DNA of 64,000 nucleotides, taken from contig CBDCWZ010000010.1 of assembly GCA_965223575.1 (NCBI GenBank), forward strand, positions 1 through 64,000, given 5' to 3'. The translations under genes were made by a program, and so were the position numbers. This DNA comes from Kofleriaceae bacterium (GTDB lineage: Bacteria; Myxococcota_A; Polyangia; Haliangiales; Haliangiaceae). The notes below the pieces were generated by a model that saw only the letters and a program-made list of their open reading frames with translations, was not told where the DNA came from and did not search any database. How positions within the stretch are numbered: position 1 is the first letter of the stretch; every line of letters begins with the position of its first letter. Positions 36,115 through 46,276 of this stretch are shown one piece after another.

Positions 36115-37551
36115 ATGTTTGATCGCAGGTGCGCAAACGCCGAGATGTGTCTGCTGGCGCAGGAGAAGGATAAGCAGATGAAGTTTAAGTCAAAACCGAT
36201 AGAAGAGCATCTCGAAGTACCGCTTCCCGACGATGGTCGTTGGGAGGAAATCGTCGCCCATTGGGCACGACGAGACGGCTCCAGGGCCACAACAAACAAC
36301 GAAAACAATTTGTGCTACGTCGTTGCCGTCGCGCTGCGAGATGAGCTTGAACCACGCGGAAGTCTCGCCGAGCTCATGAGTCTTGTGCGCACCCAGGGTG
36401 ATGCCATCGTAGGTCATGAGACCCACCGCGTAAGCAAGCCCAATCCTCGCTTGCTTGTCGGTGTCGGGACCGCCAAGGATATCGGCCAAAGGGCTACCGA
36501 ATGTGGCGCAGATATGCTCGTGATTGACGCCGAGCTCAGTCCCTCACAAACGCGCAACCTCGAAGACGCGACCGGATTTGCAGTCTGTGATCGTGAGGCG
36601 GTCATCCTCAATGTATTCCAGCGCCATGCAAAAACGCAGAAAGCTCGGATTCAGGTTGAGATTGCACATCTCGAATATCTCCGACCGAGGATCCGTGGCA
36701 TCGGATTGGTGATGGACCAACAAGCAGGTGGAATGGTGAACAGCCGAGGGTCAGGCGAGACCGCCTCCGAGCTCCTGGCCCGGCGGCTCGACGGCCGATT
36801 GGCCGTGCTGCGTAAGGCATTCAGCAAGCTGGCTAAATCTGGAACCGTTCAACGCCAAAAGCGCACGACGTGCAAACGAATCGTCTTGGTCGGGTACACA
36901 AACGCTGGAAAGACCTCACTGATGAACACCATGACCTGTGCTGGGCTGTCCGCAGCCGACCGACCGTTCGAAACATTGGACACTACCTCGCGCTGCTTAA
37001 CGCGGCACGGTGGAGATGTCCTCGTCAGCGACACGGTTGGTTTCATCCGCAATTTGCCTGATCGTCTATTCGCCAGCTTCGAATCGACCCTGTCTGAGAC
37101 ACTAGAGGCATCGCTACTCGCGCTGGTTGTCGATGCTTCTGATCCAGAACGCGAGTTGCATTTGCGAACCAGTGAAGAGCTCCTGGCCCGACTCGGTGCC
37201 GATAAAATCCCTCGGCTGTATGTGTTTAATAAGATCGACCGTCTCAACCTTCAACCTTATCAGGACAGCTTAGATAACCTGAGTCGAGGTCACGAGCACA
37301 TTGCCGTTTGCAGCCACGAGGCTGGAGATGTCGCACGACTCAAGGAGACGCTGTTGCGGCTGGCCCGGCAAGAGCAACAAGTCTGTCGCGTATTCCTCTC
37401 GTACGCATCGACAAAGGCGATTGCCACCGTCTATGCCAAGTGCCGTGTGATCTCGGTAAAGTCAACACAGGACGGGCTTCAGTTCACGATCGCCGGAGAA
37501 CCACACGTCGTTGCCAAGATTCGGTCAGCGAGCGAGGAGATACAACAATGA
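36115..37551 (+). CDS. hflX: GTPase HflX
   Basis: …IVLVGYTNAGKTSLMN…DTVGFIRNLP…NKID…; N-terminal HflX domain; true start possibly M at 36178. Confidence 0.9.
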   Translation: MFDRRCANAEMCLLAQEKDKQMKFKSKPIEEHLEVPLPDDGRWEEIVAHWARRDGSRATTNNENNLCYVVAVALRDELEPRGSLAELMSLVRTQGDAIVGHETHRVSKPNPRLLVGVGTAKDIGQRATECGADMLVIDAELSPSQTRNLEDATGFAVCDREAVILNVFQRHAKTQKARIQVEIAHLEYLRPRIRGIGLVMDQQAGGMVNSRGSGETASELLARRLDGRLAVLRKAFSKLAKSGTVQRQKRTTCKRIVLVGYTNAGKTSLMNTMTCAGLSAADRPFETLDTTSRCLTRHGGDVLVSDTVGFIRNLPDRLFASFESTLSETLEASLLALVVDASDPERELHLRTSEELLARLGADKIPRLYVFNKIDRLNLQPYQDSLDNLSRGHEHIAVCSHEAGDVARLKETLLRLARQEQQVCRVFLSYASTKAIATVYAKCRVISVKSTQDGLQFTIAGEPHVVAKIRSASEEIQQ

Positions 37552-39161
37552 AAGTCACAAACCGAAAAGACTCCGGGCAATTGCTACTGCAAGCCAGACG
37601 ACTGGACATCCATGCGCCCGGTGGAAGACCTCTGTTTCGCGACTTGAACATCAACCTGGAGAGAGAACGTGTTGCTCTAATCGGTCGAAACGGCGCGGGC
37701 AAGTCGTCGCTCCTCGAAGTTCTTTCCAAACAAGCGAATCCACGTGCCGGTGAGGTTGTCGTGAATGTCGATTCCGTTCTCGTTGGGCAGCACCTAGATC
37801 CGGTGTGGATCTCAGAGATGGTGCGTAGCCGTTGGGGCGGATGCACTGAAGTTTGGGCGGATGAAGTATCCGGTGAACTTGCAGAAGCAGGCCTACCACT
37901 ATTGCCTCCGCTGTCCGAGATTCCGCGTTGGAGCCGAGGAGAGATGAGAAAGGTCTGCCTTGTGACGGCCAAGACTGCTAGGCCCGAGTTGCTGTTTCTG
38001 GACGAGCCCTCACAAGATCTGGATGACGCTGGTCTCAACTGGCTGACAACGTGGCTGGCCGATTTTCGCAGCGGCCTGATGCTCGTTTCTCATGACAGAA
38101 GACTTCTGCGATACTTTTCCCACTTCTTCATCGTGGCCGAGTCGGGCTGCGATTACTTTCGCGGGTCCCTGGCCAATCTTGAGCGAGAACTGGTGCGGCG
38201 AAGTACGGATGAGCAAGCGCGCTATGTCCGCAACCTCAACGTTCTTATGGAGCGCGAACAACACAATGAGAGAGTGAACAGTCGACGTCGCCGCAAAAAG
38301 AATCTTGGCCGCATCCATGAGATTCGGCGTGCTCCGTCGCGAGCGAAACTCAACGAAAACCGCGGCTACGCCCAAGAGAGTCAAGGCAAGCGCAGTCGCA
38401 TACGCAAACAGCGAATCGGAGCGGTACGAACCTGGGCCAAGGCAACGCGGCGGGCGCTCGCGGTGACGCTACCGTTACAGGCCGTGATGCCACGCTTACC
38501 GGATAGTGATAGCCGTGACAATATCGTACTTGAGGGAGTGAGTGCGACGGTAGGTGGGCGCAGGCTGTTTGCGGCACTCGACTTGCGCATTCGGCGCCAT
38601 CGAGTTGCGGTGATGGGAGCCAATGGGGTCGGGAAAACAACCTTGCTAAGGATGATGTTGGGACACACCGCTCCGAATGCTGGAGCAGTCAAGCTCCGCT
38701 CGCAACAGATCGGCTCGATCGCCCAGGGAGCGACAGACTGGATGTTGGAGGAGAGTCTGTTGTCGTGTCTGCTGAAATGCGGACAAGAGAATTCTCCAGA
38801 GACCCTGGCTCAACTCCTTGTTGGCCACAGGTTTCCGCTTGCCCTCGCCGAACGCTCACTTCGTTCTCTAAGTCCGGGCGAGCGACTTCGCGCAGCGCTG
38901 ATATGTTTGTTCCAACGTTTCCCACCGATCGAGCTCCTCGTGCTAGACGAACCAACCTACAGTCTTGATTTTAGTGGAGCCGTCGCACTGCGTGCGGTTC
39001 TCAGCGAATGGCGGGGGGGTCTGGTCGTTGCCACCCACGATTACGACTTCGTAGCGTCTATTGGGATCGAAAAACGAATCTGGTTCGACGGAAATGGGAG
39101 CCACGAGATTTCTACTTTGACTGCGGCGGAATCGTGTCCCAACCTCGCCGACCACGCATAA
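37548..39161 (+). CDS. ABC-F family ATPase (tandem ABC domains, no TMD; EttA/Uup/ARE-like translation factor)
   Basis: GRNGAGKSSL…LFLDEPSQDLD and GANGVGKTTLL…LSPGERLR…LVLDEPTYSLD; start overlaps the hflX stop (ATGA). Confidence 0.85.
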   Translation: MKVTNRKDSGQLLLQARRLDIHAPGGRPLFRDLNINLERERVALIGRNGAGKSSLLEVLSKQANPRAGEVVVNVDSVLVGQHLDPVWISEMVRSRWGGCTEVWADEVSGELAEAGLPLLPPLSEIPRWSRGEMRKVCLVTAKTARPELLFLDEPSQDLDDAGLNWLTTWLADFRSGLMLVSHDRRLLRYFSHFFIVAESGCDYFRGSLANLERELVRRSTDEQARYVRNLNVLMEREQHNERVNSRRRRKKNLGRIHEIRRAPSRAKLNENRGYAQESQGKRSRIRKQRIGAVRTWAKATRRALAVTLPLQAVMPRLPDSDSRDNIVLEGVSATVGGRRLFAALDLRIRRHRVAVMGANGVGKTTLLRMMLGHTAPNAGAVKLRSQQIGSIAQGATDWMLEESLLSCLLKCGQENSPETLAQLLVGHRFPLALAERSLRSLSPGERLRAALICLFQRFPPIELLVLDEPTYSLDFSGAVALRAVLSEWRGGLVVATHDYDFVASIGIEKRIWFDGNGSHEISTLTAAESCPNLADHA

Positions 39162-39172
39162 AACTGCACCCG

Positions 39173-39556
39173 TTACTTTTCTCTGTTGAGCGCAAGCGCC
39201 TGCTTCAAATAGTATTTGATGGCGGCTTTGTTCATCTTTTTGAGAGGTACGACTCTCATTACTTTTCCGTTTCCGGTCAGCAACCCGTATTTGTCCTCCA
39301 TCCGTGCGCCTTTCAAAAAACCGATATCAATTCCATACTTCATCGTCCGCATGTGACAAATTCCAGCTTCTGAATCGGAGTAGGTCGTGATTCTGTCTTT
39401 TTTGATTTCGACGATTCCTTTAGTCCCAAGCAGCAATTTTCGTGCTTCGAGGAACAGTTCCTTGTGTTCTGATTTTATATCCTTGTTGAATTGCATGTTT
39501 TCCTCAATGGAACGTGAACTGAAAACTTTCATGAAAGTACAGCCAACTGAAAACAC
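39173..39556 (-). CDS. DUF1801 (YdhG-like) domain protein
   Basis: 127 aa, …KYGIDIGFLKGARMED…. Confidence 0.4.
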   Translation of the reverse strand: MFSVGCTFMKVFSSRSIEENMQFNKDIKSEHKELFLEARKLLLGTKGIVEIKKDRITTYSDSEAGICHMRTMKYGIDIGFLKGARMEDKYGLLTGNGKVMRVVPLKKMNKAAIKYYLKQALALNREK

Positions 39557-39566
39557 TAGAGCTTAT

Positions 39567-40373
39567 CTAAAACTCTATCGGCAAAAGTACCTCCGTCTGC
39601 AGCTTCTCGGGGGGGACGTCCGCCGGGTCGTTTAGATAAATCTCTCGCATTGAATCGCGTTGGACGTGGCCTCGTTCTTGTGCCCATGCAAATAGTGCGT
39701 GATAGGCGACCCCCAGCTGATCGTAGCTACCGCTATGGGTAAGCCACGCCACTGGTCCTCCAGTGATCGTATCAATGTCTGCTTTTTCGAGTTTAGGAAA
39801 GGGAGCTCGAACCCCAACACATGCGTGGACAATGACTTTCCCATCGGGCCGTGGATCCTCGTTAATACACATCACCGGAAGCTCAAAGCTTCGGCTGGCC
39901 TTCTCCAACTCAGCAAGCACATCGTAGATCAGAGCACCTGACTCGTCGACCATTCGATCAAATGATGTAATGCAACTTCGCTTTGCAACTGTGTAGTCGG
40001 GCTCGGTTCGAATTGCTGCGCTGTACGGGGCAAGGTTACCTGCCTCAGCCAGTTTCTCAATCGATCGCAGGGCATGCTTCTTTTTGCTTAGCTCACGCGC
40101 AACACGCTGCTGTTCTTCTTGCAACAGTTGACGGAGCGTATCTCCTTGGGCATGAATCATGGCGCGAACGGAACTGACCGGCACGTCCAAGGAGCGAAGC
40201 ATGCCGATCATCACCGCAGTCCGGGCCTGCTCTCTGGAATAGTAGCGGTAGCCGGTTTGCGGATCGACATGAGCTGGCTCGAGCAATCCCTCCTTAGCGT
40301 AGTGGCGCAAAGCTTTGATGCTCAATCGACAGGATTTCGAAAACTTTCCTATAGGCATCAAGGATTTCGCCAT
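39567..40373 (-). CDS. MerR-family transcriptional regulator with GyrI-like effector-binding domain (BmrR/Mta-type multidrug sensor)
   Basis: MPIGKFSKSCRLSIKALRHYAKEGLLEP…TGYRYYS (MerR HTH) plus ~150-aa C-terminal GyrI-like region. Confidence 0.75.
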   Translation of the reverse strand: MAKSLMPIGKFSKSCRLSIKALRHYAKEGLLEPAHVDPQTGYRYYSREQARTAVMIGMLRSLDVPVSSVRAMIHAQGDTLRQLLQEEQQRVARELSKKKHALRSIEKLAEAGNLAPYSAAIRTEPDYTVAKRSCITSFDRMVDESGALIYDVLAELEKASRSFELPVMCINEDPRPDGKVIVHACVGVRAPFPKLEKADIDTITGGPVAWLTHSGSYDQLGVAYHALFAWAQERGHVQRDSMREIYLNDPADVPPEKLQTEVLLPIEF

Positions 40374-40381
40374 TTTTTCTC

Positions 40382-40855
40382 CTAGCCCTCAAGATGATAC
40401 TTGCGAGCAAACTCTGGTGAGGGTGGGATCATCTTAACAACATCAACCAATAATCCATTGGGGTCAACTGTCATAAAGTGTCGCTGACCCCACTCTTCGT
40501 CGCGAAGCGGGCAAACAATTTTGTATCCGACCTCTTGTGCCTTTTGATACACCGAGTCCACATCATCTAGCTCAATAGTAATCACCACGCCCTGCGGAGA
40601 ATCCTGGAACTCCACCGGCACACTGGAATGACGTCTCTGAACAAACGCAATCTGAAGATTTTCATCCGTGGGGGACCGTAGTTGAATGTACCAGTCGATC
40701 TCAAACACGAGTTCAAAATTCAGGAGCGACGTATAAAATTCTTTAGACTCTATTAGATGGTCTGAACAAATATCGGGAAACAGACTTTTCATCGCTAACT
40801 CCTTGGGTTGATGGAAGTGTTTCCATGGTCGAGTCTCCCCTAAGAGGAGAGTCAA
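40382..40855 (-). CDS. VOC/glyoxalase-bleomycin resistance family protein
   Basis: …SLFPDICSDHLIESKEFYTSLLNFELVFEIDWYIQL…; start more likely the M at ~40792. Confidence 0.6.
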   Translation of the reverse strand: MTLLLGETRPWKHFHQPKELAMKSLFPDICSDHLIESKEFYTSLLNFELVFEIDWYIQLRSPTDENLQIAFVQRRHSSVPVEFQDSPQGVVITIELDDVDSVYQKAQEVGYKIVCPLRDEEWGQRHFMTVDPNGLLVDVVKMIPPSPEFARKYHLEG

Positions 40856-42606
40856 GGCTAGGAACTGTCCCAGAATGCGAATTTTCGCGAACGGTGTGGC
40901 ACATCGGCAGGGAACAGGGCCCCACGGCCCCGGGTAGGGTTCAAGTCAGCTTTTGCAAAGTGGTACGAAATGATAACTTCGGCCATACTGCATGGGTGAT
41001 AGGGCCTGGAGATCACAAACACATTTTGCTTTCGAAGCATGCAGAGGCAAAAGCAGCACTTGTTTGCCTCACTCATCCCTGGTCCATCGCAGCGGTGATG
41101 ATTCTCGCATTGAATGATCATGTCTTTAAAGGATTTTGGCCGGGCTGGACGACTGGAAAGTTGAGCGACTTTGCGGGTTTGTTTTTCTTTCCATTTATCG
41201 TGATTACTTTGGCGGGAATTTTCTTTTCCGCTCGGCACCGGTCCCCCCTACGGGTAGGCCGAGTGGCATTTTGCATTGTCGCTGTCTGGTTTGCTGGCGC
41301 AAAGGCGATCCCGTTTATTCATATGGCGACGACCGGCGCTGTTTCGACATTTTTGGGGCCAGTGCAAATTGTCCGTGATCCGACCGATATCATTGCGCTC
41401 CTCTCACTATGGCCTGCATGGCGACTGTACAAAGAGGTTGTTGTTCGCCCTACCGGGCGAAGTCTCAACTCTCTTCGCTTCCTCGTCGTAGGGGCAACCG
41501 TCCTTGTGACTGGCGCCACCCAGCCGCCACCACCACCACCTGCGATTGGGGCCCTTATCACCCACGATCAAAAGCTGTTCGCACCAACCACCAGGGAGCT
41601 CTACTCCACTACTGACGGAGAGAACTGGAGTTCGCAAGGATCCGTGATCGAGTTAGACGGAAAAATTGGCTACGCACAAAATGTACTACCTGAGGAAGTT
41701 GAGAAGGCACATATAAAACGCAAGCAACTGATTGTTCCTGGCCAACCTCCACGTACATACAAACTCGATGGACGCAAAATCCTCCAAGAAAAGGACGGGC
41801 GGTGGGAAGCAGTTTGGGAAGTGTCCATTTCGCGCCAGGAGTATATGCGTGTGGCCGGGGCACACGATTGGGAGTTGGTCGACATCGCCGTGGTGCCACA
41901 AAAACCGGATACGGTCGTGGTCGCGGCACTGACCCAGGGAATCATCATCGGCAGCCCCGACGGCACTTGGAGTTGGGATGGGTCAATGGTTGGTGGCCGT
42001 CCACCGCGGGCTGGTATTGCAGAGCTCGGCGCGCTTATATTGCCAGGCCAGCTCTTGTTCGCGATATCTGCCGCTTTTTTGGCGTGGATCCTTGGCAGCC
42101 TGTTTATTTGGATGCAGCCCAATCCATCTACGATTGCGAAAGCCACATCGCTTCTACCCAAACGCGGACTCCGCGCCAGACTCTGGCACCGTTGGGTACG
42201 CCTGTGTGATCGACTGAGAAACTTACAAGTTGATATTGGACTATTCTTCTTGGCCTTAACCTCACTTATCGTTCCGGGCTTAGTGTTTGCTGGCTTTTCC
42301 CAACCATTTCAGTTGGTCAGTTCATATAGTGCGGTTCCCCTCGAACTGTTTGCAGGTGTCGTGTTTGTAGCCCTATTGCTGTCCTATCTGGTTGCCAATC
42401 ATGGCTGGAAGCGATTTTCTCGTCTCTCCTCGGCTCGGAGTAATATTCGCAAGGGGCGCAGCGAAGCTCTCATGGCCGGCGCGACTGCACTCGCGGCCAT
42501 GTGCCTTTGGGATCTAGGGGTGATTGGCTTCCTTCGCAGCGCCTTTTCACTGGCGTGTTTTGGCATTTTCGCGGCGGTGGTATTGCGACTCACGAGTGAC
42601 ACGTAG
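40825..42606 (+). CDS. polytopic membrane protein of unknown function (start uncertain, probably ~41095)
   Basis: many hydrophobic segments (…FAGLFFFPFIVITLAGIFF…, …LGALILPGQLLFAISAAFLAWILGSLFIW…). Confidence 0.5.
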   Translation: MVESPLRGESRLGTVPECEFSRTVWHIGREQGPTAPGRVQVSFCKVVRNDNFGHTAWVIGPGDHKHILLSKHAEAKAALVCLTHPWSIAAVMILALNDHVFKGFWPGWTTGKLSDFAGLFFFPFIVITLAGIFFSARHRSPLRVGRVAFCIVAVWFAGAKAIPFIHMATTGAVSTFLGPVQIVRDPTDIIALLSLWPAWRLYKEVVVRPTGRSLNSLRFLVVGATVLVTGATQPPPPPPAIGALITHDQKLFAPTTRELYSTTDGENWSSQGSVIELDGKIGYAQNVLPEEVEKAHIKRKQLIVPGQPPRTYKLDGRKILQEKDGRWEAVWEVSISRQEYMRVAGAHDWELVDIAVVPQKPDTVVVAALTQGIIIGSPDGTWSWDGSMVGGRPPRAGIAELGALILPGQLLFAISAAFLAWILGSLFIWMQPNPSTIAKATSLLPKRGLRARLWHRWVRLCDRLRNLQVDIGLFFLALTSLIVPGLVFAGFSQPFQLVSSYSAVPLELFAGVVFVALLLSYLVANHGWKRFSRLSSARSNIRKGRSEALMAGATALAAMCLWDLGVIGFLRSAFSLACFGIFAAVVLRLTSDT

Positions 42607-42635
42607 CTTCCTCGCGCCGCGGGCCCGTGCATGTC

Positions 42636-43967
42636 CTATCTTAGGACAATGTTGTTGGGGTCGGTGTCCTCAATCGAGGTCGTGACATTGGGCCCGGTTG
42701 AGAAGATCAACTCCGCCCCACCAATGGCGCCCTCTCCATTGCCCGAATAAAACAAGAATACTTTGCCATCGTTGTCGACAAACACCGCTGGGTCCCGAAG
42801 TTGATTCGCCCCGACGGCATCGCTTCCTTGCGAGGCCTCAAGTGGGTACTCCGATCCTTCCCAAGGGTGCTCTGGCTTTAGAATTACCTTTTGCCCGACT
42901 GGCTTCCAGTTTTCTGGAACAAGGCGCTGATTTCCGTCGAGGCCGCTGAGGCTAAAGCGAGTGAGATAAATCTGCTCGGGTTTGTCACCCTTTGACGTCC
43001 AAAACACAAAGAGACTGTCTGGATCGTCACATGCGGTGAGTACCGCAAAGTGTCTGGGGTCGCGTGGGTCGCGATGCTTTGCGTACATCTTTCCGATCGG
43101 AGAGGCGATGCTGCGCCACGGTAGTTTGCGATCGGGTTTCTCTGGATCTTTCTTCCAAGCGTCATTGTCGGTAGGTCCGGCGCCGAGGATCGGAACCTGA
43201 TACATGCGACCTGTGTTGGTAAAGCCAAACATTTGGCCATCGACTGTGAACGCCCGCGAATATGCATCGCCCAGTGCACCCGCTTGAGTCGTAAAATTGA
43301 GACCCGTCTTTGAGGTCGCGACAAACGTGACCTGCCCCCCCTGGTTTTTAAACTCACGACCATCCTCCCGAAAGGCGGGTTTCCCATGAAAGTACATCAC
43401 GATGCGCTTGTTTGTGTTATCCACAAAAACGTCGGGAGAAGCGATATGATCTCTTGCTTTCCAATCTGGTCCCACTTGGAGCTCACCATCGTTGCCGAGC
43501 GCCAATACGCCTTTGCCGTCATTATAAAGTTTCCAGGGCCCCTCGAGCGAAGATGCCCATGCAAGGCGAATGTAACTGCCTTTGTGGTGGGCAAAATACA
43601 TAAAGTACACGGCCTCCGGTGCGGGCTTGGTCGCAAAATCTGGGATTCGAATTACGCTCGGGCCGTTAATGTTTCCTCCATCGGACGGATTGCTAAACAT
43701 GCCCCAAGTGATAAGTGGCGCAGAATTGTTAATCCGAACCGCATCAAACGTTCCATCTTTGGTTCCAGGAACACAGGTTTTTCCCGCCGGTTTTGGTCCC
43801 CGCTCTGGGACCTCACCGACCGGGGAGCCTTCCTCGGTTACTGTATCGTCGTCGCCATTGGCACCCGTATCATCGGTATCGGTATTGGCATCACACCCCG
43901 ATAGGGTTCCTATGACAAGCAGAACTGTAGCGGTCAAAAATAGGCGATTAATGAATTTCACATACAA
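42636..43967 (-). CDS. secreted lipoprotein, 5-bladed beta-propeller glycoside hydrolase-like (GH43/GH32-type)
   Basis: signal peptide + lipobox LSGC; repeated blade motifs incl. RDPAVFVDNDGKVFLFYSG. Confidence 0.5.
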   Translation of the reverse strand: MYVKFINRLFLTATVLLVIGTLSGCDANTDTDDTGANGDDDTVTEEGSPVGEVPERGPKPAGKTCVPGTKDGTFDAVRINNSAPLITWGMFSNPSDGGNINGPSVIRIPDFATKPAPEAVYFMYFAHHKGSYIRLAWASSLEGPWKLYNDGKGVLALGNDGELQVGPDWKARDHIASPDVFVDNTNKRIVMYFHGKPAFREDGREFKNQGGQVTFVATSKTGLNFTTQAGALGDAYSRAFTVDGQMFGFTNTGRMYQVPILGAGPTDNDAWKKDPEKPDRKLPWRSIASPIGKMYAKHRDPRDPRHFAVLTACDDPDSLFVFWTSKGDKPEQIYLTRFSLSGLDGNQRLVPENWKPVGQKVILKPEHPWEGSEYPLEASQGSDAVGANQLRDPAVFVDNDGKVFLFYSGNGEGAIGGAELIFSTGPNVTTSIEDTDPNNIVLR

Positions 43968-44311
43968 TCAAACTGCAAAGAGCATTCCAGCGCGCACCTC
44001 TATCCGAAGTAGACCGTCCAGTGACTGTAGACAACGCATTTTACCGGACTTTTTGGCGAGCCATGTTCTTAGGTGTATTGATATCGCTGCAGCGGCTCGT
44101 CCTATGTATGGGAGGTGTATTCCGCAAGTTGTGTACCACCCTCCCAGGCTTGAGTATCGCGCAAACAAACAACGCCTCCCAAGAAGGGGGTGTCGCTGCA
44201 TCTATCAGAAAAAACTGTACTGTGGACAACTAATCACGCAACTTCGGTAGTTCAGTGTATTAAAACAGTTCGCATCGTAATCAAGGCTGCACTGTTTTCT
44301 TCACAAGATGA

Positions 44312-45463
44312 ATGCGCCCACAAACCCCAACGTCCATATGCAATCGACCAGGCCGTCGAGAGATAAGAAGAAGCTTAATGTTTGTGAAAACAAAGATAAC
44401 CGTATTGGGACTGTCCGTTTGCGCCGTTTTCCTCGGAGGCTGCGGCCCAAAGTATTCAAAACTCAAAACCAAGTCTGCCAAGGAGATCAAACTCGATTTG
44501 GCTGCAGGTGGACTGTGGTATTGCGCCAGGCATTTGCCACCGCAGCTGCGTGTGCAAGTCCGGTACGAAAACGGTGAGGTCGTCAAAACCTGGCAGCGGA
44601 ACCAGCCACGACGCGGGACATTAAAATTCAAAAACTTTCAGTGGCGGACCAACTTTGGCGAGGTCGACATCAGCCGCGGCGTATTACGGCTTCCTGCCGA
44701 TCATCTCGCTTGGATGAACAAGCCAGCCAAGGTCGCAGTCAAAATCCCGGGTCGCGATGACTTGCAAACCGAGGCACTACTTCGCCCACGCTATGATTGT
44801 GGTGGAACTGTTTACGTTCAGGGTGATGACGGTTCGCACGGTTCGAGGGGCACCGATGGTGGAGCGGGTGCCGACGGTCCTGACGTCGATGTTGCGCTCG
44901 CGTATGTCGCAAACAACGACAAGCGGCTCATTGTCGTGCGAGTCCGTTCCAGCAACCTTTCTGAGCCGCGAACCTTTTTGACAAGCGCCACTCCCAAAAA
45001 CTTCTTTTACGTCGATGCAAGCGGCGGAGACGGTGGTATCGGCGGTATGGGACAGGCAGGATACAACGGCAAAGACGGCAAAAGCGGCGTTCGTGGCCGC
45101 TGCAATGGGCAAGACGGATACGAAGGCGGTCCTGGTGGCAACGGCAGCAACGGTGGCAATGGCGGCAATATTGTAGTGCGCTACGACGCAGCACACCCTG
45201 AGTTGCCAACGCTCGTGCGCTTTGTCGCCAACGGTGGCAAGCCAGGACAAGCTGGGACTGGTGGAAACGGCGGAAGCGGTGGCTATGGCGGCAAAGGATG
45301 TCGCAATGGTCTCAACGGCCGTAAAGGGCGACGTGGCCCCGATGGAGTCGACGGACAACCGGGCTACGGCGGACAACCGGGCAGTATTCGCGAAGTCCCG
45401 ACGCCCGTTGGACAACTATTTCCCGAGGAGATCAAACGCGGGGTGATCATCGTTCGCAATTAG
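44312..45463 (+). CDS. lipoprotein with Gly-rich (collagen-like GxGxxG) C-terminal half; start probably the M of MFVKTKI… (~44378)
   Basis: LGLSVCAVFLGGCG lipobox; …GGDGGIGGMGQAGYNGKDGKSG…. Confidence 0.45.
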   Translation: MRPQTPTSICNRPGRREIRRSLMFVKTKITVLGLSVCAVFLGGCGPKYSKLKTKSAKEIKLDLAAGGLWYCARHLPPQLRVQVRYENGEVVKTWQRNQPRRGTLKFKNFQWRTNFGEVDISRGVLRLPADHLAWMNKPAKVAVKIPGRDDLQTEALLRPRYDCGGTVYVQGDDGSHGSRGTDGGAGADGPDVDVALAYVANNDKRLIVVRVRSSNLSEPRTFLTSATPKNFFYVDASGGDGGIGGMGQAGYNGKDGKSGVRGRCNGQDGYEGGPGGNGSNGGNGGNIVVRYDAAHPELPTLVRFVANGGKPGQAGTGGNGGSGGYGGKGCRNGLNGRKGRRGPDGVDGQPGYGGQPGSIREVPTPVGQLFPEEIKRGVIIVRN

Positions 45464-45503
45464 ATAGTGAGGAGTATCGCCAACTCTCGCCGGCGATCTT
45501 GCA

Positions 45504-46130
45504 TCAATGCGCACGGCGGCGGCGAGTGGCGAGCATGCGTTTGACCATGACATCAAGCACCGACTCGAGTGCAGTTTGTACCGATGGGCTCTCGAGGATG
45601 CCCAATGCGCGAGCGATGGCTTCGAGGGTTGCCACTCGGTCGGGCTTGATATTTTTCCGCAGCCGGTAGTTTGACACCGGCCCCGGGGGCAAAGTGACGT
45701 GAATCGACTGTGACAGCTCGGGAACCCGGCGGACCGACCGCTTGGCTTGGCCCCAATTTCCGTCGGGAACAACGAGGGTCACGGGCCGATCGGACGCGAT
45801 GATGTCGCGACTGAGGGGAATGCTTTTCTCAGATGGATACAGGACAAAGCGTTGGGGATTCCCATGGAGCAGCGAGGAAGCATCCAGCGGCCGATCTTTC
45901 GCCCCACGAATCAGCAGCTGCGAGTTGGTCAGGCAACGCAGGGCGAGCCGTCCAGTGTTGCTCGATCGGCGGTATTCGTTGTAGTGCATAATGACTGCGA
46001 CTCGAGTCTTGAGCGCGAGCTTGGGCATCAGCGGGCACATACAGGTCGCTGGGCCCAACCGGCAGCCGATGCACCAGAGCCCGGAAACGTCACGCTCTGC
46101 GCTCGCTCTCACCAGGGTCCTTGTTCCCAT
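45504..46130 (-). CDS. DTW-domain tRNA-uridine aminocarboxypropyltransferase (TapT/TuaA-like)
   Basis: …LVVPDGNWGQAKR… (DTW motif), Cys cluster near N-terminus. Confidence 0.7.
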   Translation of the reverse strand: MGTRTLVRASAERDVSGLWCIGCRLGPATCMCPLMPKLALKTRVAVIMHYNEYRRSSNTGRLALRCLTNSQLLIRGAKDRPLDASSLLHGNPQRFVLYPSEKSIPLSRDIIASDRPVTLVVPDGNWGQAKRSVRRVPELSQSIHVTLPPGPVSNYRLRKNIKPDRVATLEAIARALGILESPSVQTALESVLDVMVKRMLATRRRRAH

Positions 46131-46276
46131 ACGGTCATTCTGCCCTGTTCATAACTTTATTTGCCGGCGATTGACAGAGCAAACCCGGGCGAGTAATTAG
46201 GGGGTGTCCCGACTATGAATGTACCACCAGATAATCCCCTGAAACAGCAGGGGGCGTTGCTCGTTGGTCACCGCCT

